Assembly (NCBI GenBank): GCA_036170915.1
Contig: JAVHQC010000022.1
Coordinates: 255,420-319,419, forward strand
Reading direction: 5' to 3'
Source of the DNA: Cyanobacteria bacterium auto_48_18
GTDB taxonomy: Bacteria; Cyanobacteriota; Vampirovibrionia; Obscuribacterales; Obscuribacteraceae
Length of the DNA: 64,000 bases
Shown: one piece after another, positions 10,309 through 20,331 of the stretch
Layout of the letters: the number at the start of each line of letters is the position of its first letter
Position numbering within the stretch: position 1 is the stretch's first letter
Notes under the pieces: generated by a model
Told to the model about the DNA's origin: nothing
The model's database searches: none
What the model saw: the letters and a program-made list of their open reading frames with translations, nothing else
Position numbers and translations under genes: made by a program

Positions 10309-11250
10309 ATGAAGGCTCTGTTAACCGGCGGAAATGGATTTATAGGCACCCATCTTGTGGACCTGCTCAGAGCAGAGGGCCACGAAGTGCGGGTGTTCGA
10401 TCGTTTTCCCAATCGCTTCAGGCCCGATCGGCCTGATGTGGAATACCTCATGGGCGAGCTGGGCAATCAGGGCGAAATGGAAGAAGCTGTTCGTGGCGTA
10501 GATTGGGTTTTCCATCTGGCTTACAACACTTTGCCGCAAACTTCCAATGATGATCCTGTGCACGACGTCACGTCAAACGTTGTCGCTTCCATCAATTTGC
10601 TCAATGAGTGCGTCAAAGAGAAAGTGCGCAAAGTAGTTTTCGTTTCATCTGGTGGCACCGTATATGGTGTGCCGCAGTCGAGTTTAATTTCTGAAGATCA
10701 CGAGAACAATCCCATTTGTTCTTACGGCATTACCAAACTGACCATCGAGAAATATCTGCATTTGTTCCAGCGCCTGCACGGCCTTGAATATGTGGTGACG
10801 CGCTTTTCTAATCCTTATGGTGAATTGCAGAACCCTAACGCCAAACAAGGCGCCATTGGAGTATTTCTGGGCCATATTGCCAGAGACCAGCCCATTGCTA
10901 TATGGGGTGACGGCGAAGTTGTGCGCGATTACCTTTACATAACCGATGCCGTTAAAGCTCTCTTATGCGCCGCACAGTATCAGCCTGAAGATAGCTCTTC
11001 TCCTCGCATTTTCAATATCGGCTCAGGTGAAGGTCATTCGCTTAACCAGATTGTGGCGGCTATCAAAACCGTAGTGGGGCCTCACGTTACAGTCAACTAC
11101 TCCAGCTCGCGCTCTCTTGATGTGCCATGCAACGTTTTGGATATTAGCCGCGCACGCACTCATTTAAGGTGGAATCCTGAAGTCCCTCTCACCAGAGGCA
11201 TCGAAATGAGCTGGAATTGGATTAAATCTCTCCAATTAGCGAAGTCCTGA
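10309..11250 (+). CDS. NAD-dependent epimerase/dehydratase (UDP-glucose 4-epimerase-like)
   Basis: GGNGFIG Rossmann motif, SSGGTVYG, YGITK (YxxxK). Confidence 0.9.
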   Translation: MKALLTGGNGFIGTHLVDLLRAEGHEVRVFDRFPNRFRPDRPDVEYLMGELGNQGEMEEAVRGVDWVFHLAYNTLPQTSNDDPVHDVTSNVVASINLLNECVKEKVRKVVFVSSGGTVYGVPQSSLISEDHENNPICSYGITKLTIEKYLHLFQRLHGLEYVVTRFSNPYGELQNPNAKQGAIGVFLGHIARDQPIAIWGDGEVVRDYLYITDAVKALLCAAQYQPEDSSSPRIFNIGSGEGHSLNQIVAAIKTVVGPHVTVNYSSSRSLDVPCNVLDISRARTHLRWNPEVPLTRGIEMSWNWIKSLQLAKS

Positions 11251-11296
11251 TCCCCTTCCTGCACAATTGCCAAGTTGACCAAGTTCGGGCAGTGTT

Positions 11297-11308
11297 AGAC
11301 AATTGTCT
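11297..11308. promoter_or_regulatory. 12-bp perfect palindrome (possible operator) just upstream of the GT2 start
   Basis: AGACAATTGTCT, with direct repeat GTGTTAGA at 11292 and 11311, and TTGACC at 11275-11280. Confidence 0.3.
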
Positions 11309-11310
11309 GC

Positions 11311-12306
11311 GTGTTAGAGCTCTCAGTCATTATTGCCGTCTATAACGAAGATCCTCGCAACCTTGCTGCCATGGTTGAGCGGCTCGACCAGGTTTTGTCG
11401 CCTGCTGGCACAAGCTACGAGATTGTATTCGTCAACGACGGCTCACGGCCGCCAACATCCATGGCATTGCGGCAATTAGCTGCCGAGAACGCCAGAATCA
11501 AGCTGCTTGAGCTGTCACGCAATTTCGGCCAACAGGCCGCCATCACCTGTGGTCTCGATCATGCTGATGGTCAGGCTGTGGTCAATATTGATTCCGATTT
11601 GCAAGATCCACCAGAGTTGATTCCAGAAATGCTCATGCGCTGGAAGGAAGGCTATGACGTGGTTTTTGCCCAACGTCAAGCCAGACGTGATCGTTTGCTC
11701 AAACGTTCTACAGCTTTTGTTTTTTACCGCATTCTGGGTGCTGTATCGTCGGTACAGATACCACAAGACACCGGCGATTTTCGCTTAATGGACCGAAAGG
11801 TTGTGGCAGCGCTGGCTTCACTGCCTGAGAAGACTCGATTCTTGCGAGGCATGGTTCCCTGGCTAGGCTTTAAACAAATCGGCATTAGCATTGATCGCGG
11901 CGCTAGAGAAGTAGGCGAAAGCACCTACACATTGAAGAAGCTGTTGAGTCTCGCCCTTGATGGCTTGCTGGCTTTTAGCGACGCTCCTCTTTATTTGATT
12001 CCTTTGATTGGTATTTTCATTACCGTACTTTCTGGTCTGGCTTTGCTTGGCAGTGTTTGTTTTGCCCACGGCAACAGTCACTGGCCGCTGATTATTATTT
12101 CGAGCATTGGTGCCCTAACCGGGCTACAAGTAATTTGTGTGGGCATTGTCGCTGTGTATCTTTCTAAAATTCTCGATGAGAGCCGGGCCAGGCCAACTTA
12201 TATTGTTGGTACTAAACTTGGTGCCGCTTTTGCAGACGCCACTGTTGAAAGAGCAAGCTCAACTGAGCCTGCTGTCAGGCCGCTGAGCGGCTCTTCTGCG
12301 TTATAG
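11311..12306 (+). CDS. GT2 polyprenyl-phosphate glycosyltransferase (GtrB/ArnC-like)
   Basis: 'VNDGS', 'LSRNFGQQAA', 'IDSDLQDPPELI', 'DTGDFRLMDR', two C-terminal TM helices, 'RPTYIV'. Confidence 0.92.
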   Translation: MLELSVIIAVYNEDPRNLAAMVERLDQVLSPAGTSYEIVFVNDGSRPPTSMALRQLAAENARIKLLELSRNFGQQAAITCGLDHADGQAVVNIDSDLQDPPELIPEMLMRWKEGYDVVFAQRQARRDRLLKRSTAFVFYRILGAVSSVQIPQDTGDFRLMDRKVVAALASLPEKTRFLRGMVPWLGFKQIGISIDRGAREVGESTYTLKKLLSLALDGLLAFSDAPLYLIPLIGIFITVLSGLALLGSVCFAHGNSHWPLIIISSIGALTGLQVICVGIVAVYLSKILDESRARPTYIVGTKLGAAFADATVERASSTEPAVRPLSGSSAL

Positions 12307-12329
12307 ATAGATTGCATCAATAATTTTCA

Positions 12330-12617
12330 ATGACTGATGAACAACAACAGATTATTGACCTAGAACTACAGCTAGCTGAAATCAAACAGCGCAACGCTAA
12401 AGTTGAAGCCGATAAAGCCTGGGAGGCCAGCTTTACACGCATCGGTACTATTTGTGTCATTACTTATTGTGTGGCCGCGATATTTTTGTACGTAATTGGC
12501 GTCAGGCGATTTTGGATTGACGCGCTCGTTCCTGTCATTGGTTTCTATCTGTCGACCCGATCGTTGCCGGCGGTGAAACGCTGGTGGATCAAGCGCAATA
12601 TTAATGCACAGTGGTAA
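12330..12617 (+). CDS. Small conserved hypothetical membrane protein
   Basis: 95 aa, N-terminal coiled coil 'RNAKVEADKAWE' followed by two hydrophobic segments. Confidence 0.7.
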   Translation: MTDEQQQIIDLELQLAEIKQRNAKVEADKAWEASFTRIGTICVITYCVAAIFLYVIGVRRFWIDALVPVIGFYLSTRSLPAVKRWWIKRNINAQW

Positions 12618-12619
12618 GT

Positions 12620-13708
12620 TTAGAATTTGATTTTAGCTAACTTGGCCTGGATTTTTTGCGCCAGTTTGATGCCGCCACTTGATCGCAAATGCACTGCATC
12701 TAAATAATCTGCTGATTGAAATTCACTGTCGCTGGTCAGATCAAGAGAATTCATGCCGGCGGTACTATTGAGAGTTTGTCTGTACTGATTGAGAAAGTCA
12801 CTGGGCAATAATTCCAGATTGTCTTCAGTCAGCGGCATAGCCACCACCAGCAATGGTATGCGCTTTTCTTGGCACAGCGAGTTGATATCTTTCAGTGCGT
12901 CAGTTTCTTGCTTAAAGCGCTCACGGTCGATGGGTAGATAACGTTTCTGATAATCGGCGCGCATTTGCTCATCTGGCAATCCGGGCTCGTCTTTGATGCC
13001 TTTGAATCTTTCAAGGGCACCTGTTTCGTTATTGGCCGATTTATTGGAAATTTTAGCTACATATTTGATAATTTCAGAACGCTGATTAAATGCTGGTACT
13101 TGGTCAAAAAAGTTCTCAAAATTTTCAGTCAGTGGGCGCTTAAAATCAAAGCCGGTGTTGAGGCGGGCGAGAATTGTTCTGGCTAATTTTGACTTCAAAT
13201 AATCAGGGTGCAAGCGATCGATAAAATCGCGTGGTGACGTCAGAATGATCACTACTCGAGGCTGAATACCTGCTTTTAAGGCGGCTTTGAGAAGCAAAAG
13301 ATCTTCAGAGACCATATTGCCGCCTTGCGATAGACAAAGCGTTTCAATTTTTTTGTCGCGCTTATGTTCTGCGAGCAGCTGGTCTAAATAACGAAAACCT
13401 GAGTAGGTGAGAAAGCTCTGCGAGTCAGGTTTTGGCTGGCCAAAAACTTTGTAGTCAGCCAGCCCGGCGGCAGACAGTGCCAGTGAAGAACCAAGCGAGA
13501 GAATAGTATCTTGATTTTTAAATGTTCCGGCAGCGACGTAGCTATCAAGTTTGTCTAAAGCGTCAATGCGCTCGCTTTTGCCTTTCGTCTGCGCCTTTAT
13601 CTCTAAACCGGTAGGTGTAAATTCAAGAAAAAAAGAGCTGGCCGCCACCAGAGCCACAGTGTTAATTGCCAGCCAGAGGGTTGTGCTGCAATACCACCGC
13701 CTAGACAT
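12620..13708 (-). CDS. SGNH-like (DltD/DUF1574-like) membrane-anchored protein
   Basis: N-terminal TM, 'LGSSL' block I, C-terminal 'YLDAVHL' (DxxH). Confidence 0.65.
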   Translation of the reverse strand: MSRRWYCSTTLWLAINTVALVAASSFFLEFTPTGLEIKAQTKGKSERIDALDKLDSYVAAGTFKNQDTILSLGSSLALSAAGLADYKVFGQPKPDSQSFLTYSGFRYLDQLLAEHKRDKKIETLCLSQGGNMVSEDLLLLKAALKAGIQPRVVIILTSPRDFIDRLHPDYLKSKLARTILARLNTGFDFKRPLTENFENFFDQVPAFNQRSEIIKYVAKISNKSANNETGALERFKGIKDEPGLPDEQMRADYQKRYLPIDRERFKQETDALKDINSLCQEKRIPLLVVAMPLTEDNLELLPSDFLNQYRQTLNSTAGMNSLDLTSDSEFQSADYLDAVHLRSSGGIKLAQKIQAKLAKIKF

Positions 13709-13718
13709 ATTTCTCCGG

Positions 13719-15074
13719 CTATTTAGCTTCTATAATTCCAAACAGCTGGGCTTTGCGTTCAATGAGAATTTCGTTGGAAACGGCACCAATAGTCAGTCTT
13801 AATACAGGTTCAGTTTGTGAACCACGGGCAGAAAACCACCAGTCGTCAAAATTGACCGAAAGGCCGTCAATATGTTCTTTGGTACCACCAGCAATGCCGC
13901 TCTCGAGCCGACCCAATGTATCTTGAATGTCAGTGACGCGTAAATTGATTTCACCTGAGCTTGAGTATAAAGCCAGGGGCTCAATCAAACGCGATAGTGT
14001 AGCTGTGCCTCTTGCCACCACATTGACTGCTTCAAGCATGGTGCGCACGGCGTTGTCTGTGGCATACATGTCGGCATAATAGTAGTGACCAGAAAGTTCG
14101 CCGGCAAATAGTGCCCTTTGCTCTTTCATGCTGCCCATCATAAACTGCGTGCCTACACCGGTGCGAATGGCGGTGCCGCCTTGCGAAACGATATATTCGG
14201 GTACAGCGCGACTGGCACGCAGGTCGTAGACAATTTTGCCACCACCATTGCGGCGCACCAGTTCTCCACCAATCAGTCCGATCATCAGACCAGTGTCAAT
14301 CTGCTCTCCGTGCTCGTCCACAAAGATAGCGCGGTCGGCGTCACCATCAAAAGAAACACCAAAGTCGCATTTTTCTCTTACCACCAGTTCGCTTAACTCT
14401 GTTAGTGAGCCTTCGTCAAGCGGGTTTGGAGTGCGTTTGGGGAAGTTTCCGTCAGGTTTCGTATTCAGTAAAACAAATTCGATTAAGTGCTTGGCCGCTT
14501 TTTGCAAAATCTCTAGTTCAGGCCCAGCTGCGCCGTGACCAGCGTCCATGGCTATTTTGAGCCGGCGTTCTGGGCGTACGTGGCGCAGTAAAAAGCTTAC
14601 ATATTCAGGAATGATATCGGTAGTAGATAGGGTACCAACTCTTGCCGCTTTGCCAGAGCAAGTGCCGCCTTCTACTTTTGTGCGAATTTCTCCCAGGCCG
14701 TTTTTTGCGCCCAGTGGTTTGGCATTACCGGCATATAGTTTGAGACCATTGTATTGTTTGCCCATGTGGCTGGCGGTAACAACGGCGCCACCGTCGAACC
14801 CGGCTTGAGCGGCGTACCAGACGGCCATTGGTGTTGATGAAATGCCTATGTCGAGCACGTCGTTGCCACTGTTCAAAACGCCTTCTATAAAGGCACTTTT
14901 TAAGGCAGGCGAAGAGGTGCGCGCATCACAACCAATTAATACTCGTCCACCACCCTGCGGGCGCAAATAATGACCGTAAGCGTAACCGACATTTTTGGCG
15001 AAAGGCTCGTCTAAAGCGGTGCCGTATATGCCGCGAATATCGTATGCGCCGAATAGTTTATGCTTTTCAGTCAT
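13719..15074 (-). CDS. manB: Phosphomannomutase/phosphoglucomutase
   Basis: 'AYDIRG', 'TASH', 'FDGDADR', 'GELSGH', 'SQTEPVLRL' motifs. Confidence 0.92.
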   Translation of the reverse strand: MTEKHKLFGAYDIRGIYGTALDEPFAKNVGYAYGHYLRPQGGGRVLIGCDARTSSPALKSAFIEGVLNSGNDVLDIGISSTPMAVWYAAQAGFDGGAVVTASHMGKQYNGLKLYAGNAKPLGAKNGLGEIRTKVEGGTCSGKAARVGTLSTTDIIPEYVSFLLRHVRPERRLKIAMDAGHGAAGPELEILQKAAKHLIEFVLLNTKPDGNFPKRTPNPLDEGSLTELSELVVREKCDFGVSFDGDADRAIFVDEHGEQIDTGLMIGLIGGELVRRNGGGKIVYDLRASRAVPEYIVSQGGTAIRTGVGTQFMMGSMKEQRALFAGELSGHYYYADMYATDNAVRTMLEAVNVVARGTATLSRLIEPLALYSSSGEINLRVTDIQDTLGRLESGIAGGTKEHIDGLSVNFDDWWFSARGSQTEPVLRLTIGAVSNEILIERKAQLFGIIEAK

Positions 15075-15122
15075 TGAAATTGTCTCTATGTCCGGGTTTC
15101 AAACGTACGCAACTATAATAGC

Positions 15123-15983
15123 TCACATAACGTCGGCAAAAGATTTTTGCGTGCCCTGGAAAAATTTGAATCCGAGCACGAAAACAACAAGAGCAACGGC
15201 CGTATAAGAAAGGTAGTGCGGCCAATCAGGTGGTAATCCTTCCAGCAGTACGCGGCGATAATCGAGCACTATGCCTGCCATAGGATTAATCCAGAGCATG
15301 AATTCTAATTTTTTCGGCAAAGCGGTAGCCGGATAAACAATGGGTGTGGCGTACATCCAGGCAGATAAAAAGAGTGCCATGACGTGACTGATGTCTCTGA
15401 TATAAACACTTAAACTGGCTACAAACCAGGCCAGGCCAGCCGTGAGAAGGATTTGCGAGACGATTATCAGGGGCAAATAGATGATAGTTAGCGGCAAGTA
15501 GTGTTGAAAGAGTAGAACCCCTGCCAAGAGAATGACGAAGGCCATAAGTTCGGTCACCAGAGCTGAGGTTACAGCGATGGGCGGCAAAATTTGTAAGGGA
15601 AATACTACTCGCTTAACCAGGTTAGGATTTTCCAGAATGATAGTGGTTGAGCGTGCAATAGCTTCAGCAAAAGCGCCCCAGGGCAGAAGACCGGCCATCA
15701 GGTAAAGAGCAAAATTGCTCATACTGCCGTTTCCGCCCAGTTTTACTTTTAGCACTAAAGAAAAAAGGAAAGTATATAGAATCAAGTGCCCCAGCGGATT
15801 AATAAGAGGCCAGAGCATGCCTAGCAGAGAGCCTTTGTATTTTCCGACGCAATCGCGCCTGACCATCAAACCCAGCAAACGGCGATTAGCCCATAAGCTG
15901 GAGAAGCCCTTCTTTTCGGCTGGTGGCCCAGAGGGCGTTATTTGAATGGCGGAATCAGGCGAATCTTGCAGAGTGCTGCTCAT
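15123..15983 (-). CDS. wzm: Polysaccharide ABC transporter permease (Wzm/RfbA/TagG family)
   Basis: 'KYKGSLLGMLWPLINPL', 'NLVKRVVFP', 'TPIVYP', 'NPM', C-terminal 'FADVM'. Confidence 0.9.
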   Translation of the reverse strand: MSSTLQDSPDSAIQITPSGPPAEKKGFSSLWANRRLLGLMVRRDCVGKYKGSLLGMLWPLINPLGHLILYTFLFSLVLKVKLGGNGSMSNFALYLMAGLLPWGAFAEAIARSTTIILENPNLVKRVVFPLQILPPIAVTSALVTELMAFVILLAGVLLFQHYLPLTIIYLPLIIVSQILLTAGLAWFVASLSVYIRDISHVMALFLSAWMYATPIVYPATALPKKLEFMLWINPMAGIVLDYRRVLLEGLPPDWPHYLSYTAVALVVFVLGFKFFQGTQKSFADVM

Positions 15984-16084
15984 AGGTTTCCAATTAGCTA
16001 GTCTGTTAACGGGGCTGCGACAGCATTGAACGGAAAATCGTAGCACGATCTTCCGTTCAACTTATGAAGCATACTGAAGGTAGG

Positions 16085-16681
16085 CTACTGGTTTTTAGTG
16101 GCCTTGTCGCTGTCTGGCAGCGCTTTTTCTTTCGTATCAGCAGTTGCTGCTTTAACGCCATTTGGGTTGCTGGTTATGGTTACTTGCGAAACCAGAGGAG
16201 CGGCGCCTTTGGTGGCAGGCGTCAAAATTACTTCGCCGACATAGTTATCGCCGTAGTAATAAATGTGTTTACCAGGCTGCTCATCTACTTTTGATTGCGC
16301 TTGCGCATCTTTCGGTAAAAGCTTTTTCAGTTCAGCTTCAGCGGTTTCTTTGCTGATTGGTGTGCCGGTGAAAAGTGTTGATACCTGAAACACTGTGCCG
16401 TCTTTGCACTGCACAATATATTGGCCGCCGTTGGCATTTTTCTCACGGCTGAGATATTGAGTTTTGCCGCCGGCTCCAGCATTGGCTGAAGTATCAGGGA
16501 CGAATGTCAGGATTGATTGTTTTAAAGTCGTTTCAGGAATACCGACGACGATTTTTTCTAAAGGCACTGAGCCTTGTACAGTGACATCACTAGATTGCCC
16601 TTCGCTGCATCCTTGCAAAACTAGAGGCAATGCGATTGCCAGAGCTGCGGTTGCATACATTTTCAATTTTAAAATTTGCAC
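16085..16681 (-). CDS. Hypothetical lipoprotein
   Basis: Signal peptide with lipobox LQG-C. GTG start overlaps the sbcD stop. Confidence 0.7.
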   Translation of the reverse strand: MQILKLKMYATAALAIALPLVLQGCSEGQSSDVTVQGSVPLEKIVVGIPETTLKQSILTFVPDTSANAGAGGKTQYLSREKNANGGQYIVQCKDGTVFQVSTLFTGTPISKETAEAELKKLLPKDAQAQSKVDEQPGKHIYYYGDNYVGEVILTPATKGAAPLVSQVTITSNPNGVKAATADTKEKALPDSDKATKNQ

Positions 16682-17925
16682 TATTCACCTTTCGTTCCAC
16701 TTGTTTCGGCATTAAGTTTGCCCATAATTTCTTTCGTCTTTGAGAGTAACCGATCTCTGCGATCTGGTGCGACTTCTGTTAGATATGTATCAATTGCAGT
16801 GAGCGGATTTAGTACTGCGCTTTCAGTTAGTTGCGGCAGGCGTGCTCTCTGATGTGATGGCACGACTTCAGCGCTGACTCGCACAGACAGTGCGGCTTCA
16901 GCTTGAATTTTTATTTTCTCTTCGTCGATTTCTTTCAGTTGATCTTGATTGACTTTGTAACGCACACGCAAAACACAGCCGGGTATGAGAGCCTTCGCGA
17001 TCTTGTCAGAGAGCACGTTACCAGGGTTTTCGCTATTGGTTAGATCAATATCAACTGTAACAAAAGGCCTGGGGTTAATAGAGATAAATTTAAATGCCGT
17101 ATTGCCGCGTTCGATGGTGGCGTGCACAAAACCTTTGTCTTCTTTTTCTTCGCCAAAGTCTACGCGTTCAAGCGATCCGGCATAAACAATGGTCGGCTTT
17201 TCTTCGCGTAATACCTGATATTTATGAATGTGCCCCAGCGCCACATAATCGATACGATCATTGATAAACATTTCGGTGGGAAATGTCAGTGTATAACCCA
17301 CCAATAGTTCTTCTTCAATGCCAGCCAGGGCCGAGTCTGTGCTCATGTGGGCAGTGACCACAGTAGGTATGGTGGCATCCAAATTTAAGTAATAACCGCG
17401 CAAAAGATCGCGAATATGTTCTTTCAAGACTTTGTCGATCTCTACAGCAGAAAGATCTTTATATTTATCGAGAGTCATGAGTTGGTGCCGGGTTATATGC
17501 GGCAGGCCAACCAACTGCAGGGCACCATTTTTAGTATCAAGGACCATTGAGGTGGGTTTATCCACCATGATCACTCCTGGGACCTCCAGGCTCTGAAATA
17601 CTGACATGGCATGGCTTTGTGATGCTCTCAAGACTTGATCATGATTGCCCACCACTAATATGGTTGTAATGCCGGCATCACTCAAACGCTTCAACTGCCC
17701 AGCGAACATTTTTTGATAAATAGGCTCGGGAGAAGCGTTGCGATAAGCATCACCAGAGAACAAAAACACATCGCAATTTTGAGCGATGGCATAGTCGACT
17801 ACTTTTACCAGTGCCGCCACAAAATCTTCAAAGCGTACATTCAACCCGGTAACCGGATTGAGTCTGCCGTGTGATTCGCCGGAGCCAAAATGAATGTCAG
17901 AGACGTGAATTAAATTGATAGCCAT
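16681..17925 (-). CDS. sbcD: SbcCD nuclease subunit D (Mre11-like metallophosphoesterase)
   Basis: 'SDIHFG', 'SGDAY', 'VGNHD', 'ALGHIH', 'GSLERVDFGE'. The 'GRLNPVTGLNVRFEDF' segment is cyanobacterial-type. Confidence 0.9.
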   Translation of the reverse strand: MAINLIHVSDIHFGSGESHGRLNPVTGLNVRFEDFVAALVKVVDYAIAQNCDVFLFSGDAYRNASPEPIYQKMFAGQLKRLSDAGITTILVVGNHDQVLRASQSHAMSVFQSLEVPGVIMVDKPTSMVLDTKNGALQLVGLPHITRHQLMTLDKYKDLSAVEIDKVLKEHIRDLLRGYYLNLDATIPTVVTAHMSTDSALAGIEEELLVGYTLTFPTEMFINDRIDYVALGHIHKYQVLREEKPTIVYAGSLERVDFGEEKEDKGFVHATIERGNTAFKFISINPRPFVTVDIDLTNSENPGNVLSDKIAKALIPGCVLRVRYKVNQDQLKEIDEEKIKIQAEAALSVRVSAEVVPSHQRARLPQLTESAVLNPLTAIDTYLTEVAPDRRDRLLSKTKEIMGKLNAETSGTKGE

Positions 17926-18007
17926 AGATGTCATTGTATTCGCGATTCATGTTTGATGATGAGAGCCATGATAGATTTATTCTGCTTAATTAAAAGCGGT
18001 AAATGTA

Positions 18008-18859
18008 ATGCGCCTCGCTGGCTCTTGGCAACAATCTTTTGGTCTTCAGTATGGCAGACACTTGTGGCGTGTTTTGCCTCTCGTGCTGGTTGCGAACCTC
18101 TTTGCTATTTCCCTCAATATTGACTGTGGCGCTGCCTATTGCCAAGATGCAGAGTCTACCGATGTATCAGCCTCATCTGTGGTGCAATGCCTTGAACAAA
18201 ATCGCTACGTCACCCTGGTTGGCAAAGCTCAGGCAGTGGTCGACGGCCCCCGTTTGCTGATTGCCCTCTATCAAGATCCCCGGGCCAATGTGCGCGATCT
18301 GAAAATCAATTCGGTCTTGCTGGCGAAAGGTCTGGCTGACCGATTTGGCGATAGATTTGACCAGTATGTGTTTTCGCACTATCCGCTGGCTGAGCAAAGC
18401 ACCTATTGCCAGGCTACCCTTTCAAGAGCTGATCTAATGGCATTTGGAACTGGTCACCTGGCCGATGACCAGCTTTTGAGCCGCGTCAAGGTCGAACCGT
18501 TTTTAGCCGCCAGTCTCAAAAGGCGCTATCAGAACCTTTCTTATTCGCAAATAATTGCCGAGGATCAAGTGGTTGAATCTTACGGCGATAACCATAAGCA
18601 GGATCGCAAAGAAATTAAGGCGAGAATTCTTTCTCTCAAGAGAAGTGGTTATGATGTCAGTGTGGCTGAAAAGCGGTTTCTCGAGGTGGAAGATTTTGTG
18701 CGTCGGCATGAAAACTTTGACCACGCAGAGTACGCAGCAGCATGGCGCGACATTGAGCTATGTTTGCAAGACTCTGTTAATAGTGTCACAAGTGGTAAAA
18801 GTGGCACTTCGAGAAAAATCAAAATTGCAAGTGACGAGAGGTCTTCGTGGCAAAGATAA
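18008..18859 (+). CDS. Hypothetical exported protein
   Basis: 283-aa ORF with an N-terminal hydrophobic stretch, overlapping the rlmD start. No motif recognised. Confidence 0.6.
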   Translation: MRLAGSWQQSFGLQYGRHLWRVLPLVLVANLFAISLNIDCGAAYCQDAESTDVSASSVVQCLEQNRYVTLVGKAQAVVDGPRLLIALYQDPRANVRDLKINSVLLAKGLADRFGDRFDQYVFSHYPLAEQSTYCQATLSRADLMAFGTGHLADDQLLSRVKVEPFLAASLKRRYQNLSYSQIIAEDQVVESYGDNHKQDRKEIKARILSLKRSGYDVSVAEKRFLEVEDFVRRHENFDHAEYAAAWRDIELCLQDSVNSVTSGKSGTSRKIKIASDERSSWQR

Positions 18860-20331
18860 AACTCACCCATTCGCTCGAGCGCGGCGATCAGGTTGAGGTT
18901 AACGTAGAATCGCTGGCTAACGGCGGTGATGGCGTAGCTAAGGTCGATTCCATTCCGGTCTTTATTGAGCGCGCCGCTCAAGGTGACAGGCTGGCAATTT
19001 ACTTATTTGATGTGCGCAAAGACTTCGCCCGTGGTGCCATTGAAGAGATTGTCAAACCAGCTGCCGAGCGGGTTCAAGCGCCCTGCTATCACTATGAGCG
19101 CTGTGGCGGCTGCCAGTGGCAACACATTGATTATGCGCAGCAGTTAAAACATAAACGACAGCTGATTATTGATGCCCTGAGCCACATTGGCGGTGTTGCT
19201 GATGCCGAAAATCTGGTGCTTCCGATTATGGGTTGCGATGATCCGTTTCACTATCGCAATAAAGTGCAGTTTCCTGTCAAATACAAAGATACGCAGGTGC
19301 TAGCGGGCTATTACGAGCGCGGCAGCCACGATCTGGTCAATATTGAATCTTGCCCGATTCAGCCTTCCATATTTGATCAGTTGCTGAAAACTACAAAAAC
19401 TTTGTTCAAGAAATATCGCATTTCAATTTACGATGAAGCGCGCCATCGCGGCATGGTCAGGCATCTGAACTTCCGCATCAGTTTTTCGGCCAGCAAAATT
19501 TTGGTCACCATCGTGGTCAATCACGCACCTGTAAATATCAAAGAATTCAACAACATTGATTATCTCAACGCTTTCACAGTGCTTGGTCAGGAGCTGCAGC
19601 ATTTGCATCCTGAAGTAGATTCAGTGGTAGTCAATTTCAATCAAGATAAAGGCAATCGCATTCTTGGTGAGCACACCATTACCCTGGTGGGTGGTGGCTT
19701 CATCGAAGAACGCCTAGCCACCACCAATGGAGCTCTGCCCAAACGCTTGCAAGATGGTCTGACATTTAGACTTTCGTCCAAAAGCTTTTTCCAGGTCAAC
19801 AGTCTACAGGCGGTAAAACTGCTGGAAGTGGTTGCGCTGGCTGCTCAGGAGAGCCTTAAGGGCGTCGACAAGCCTCGGGTTGTGGATGCTTACGCCGGGG
19901 TCGGCACTATCGCCATGTGGCTCAGTCCACTGGCCAACGAGGTTGTGGCCATTGAAGAAGTGGGTGATGCCATTGCTGATGGTGAAGAGAATGCGGCCTT
20001 AAATAGTCTGACCAATGTGGAATTTATTGAAGGTCAAGTGGAGCAGGTTCTGGCTGCTGTGGTGGATGAGCGCCCGGTCGACTTGCTTGTGCTGGACCCA
20101 CCCCGCAAAGGGATAGACCCCGCCGTGCTGCAGGTTCTTTGCCAGCGCGGGCCGAAAAATATTGTTTATGTCAGCTGTAATCCGGCCACTCTGGCAAGAG
20201 ACCTGAAAATACTTGGTCAGACGGGAGAAAACGCGCTCTATGCTGGGTATACAATTAAGCGTGTACAGCCGGTGGACCTTTTCCCTCAGACTTACCATGT
20301 TGAGTCGGTGGCGGTCCTTGAAAGGAAATGA
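18847..20331 (+). CDS. rlmD: 23S rRNA (uracil-1939-C5)-methyltransferase
   Basis: TRAM domain, 'C..YERCGGCQWQH', 'YRNK', 'SFFQVN', 'DAYAGVG', 'LDPPRKG', 'YVSCNPATLARD', 'DLFPQTYHVE'. Confidence 0.93.
   Translation: MAKIKLTHSLERGDQVEVNVESLANGGDGVAKVDSIPVFIERAAQGDRLAIYLFDVRKDFARGAIEEIVKPAAERVQAPCYHYERCGGCQWQHIDYAQQLKHKRQLIIDALSHIGGVADAENLVLPIMGCDDPFHYRNKVQFPVKYKDTQVLAGYYERGSHDLVNIESCPIQPSIFDQLLKTTKTLFKKYRISIYDEARHRGMVRHLNFRISFSASKILVTIVVNHAPVNIKEFNNIDYLNAFTVLGQELQHLHPEVDSVVVNFNQDKGNRILGEHTITLVGGGFIEERLATTNGALPKRLQDGLTFRLSSKSFFQVNSLQAVKLLEVVALAAQESLKGVDKPRVVDAYAGVGTIAMWLSPLANEVVAIEEVGDAIADGEENAALNSLTNVEFIEGQVEQVLAAVVDERPVDLLVLDPPRKGIDPAVLQVLCQRGPKNIVYVSCNPATLARDLKILGQTGENALYAGYTIKRVQPVDLFPQTYHVESVAVLERK

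Noticed and set aside
16681..17925. sbcD without sbcC as a possible defence nuclease
   Set aside because: The sequence is a typical cyanobacterial-type SbcD, and unlinked sbcC/sbcD is common in that group.
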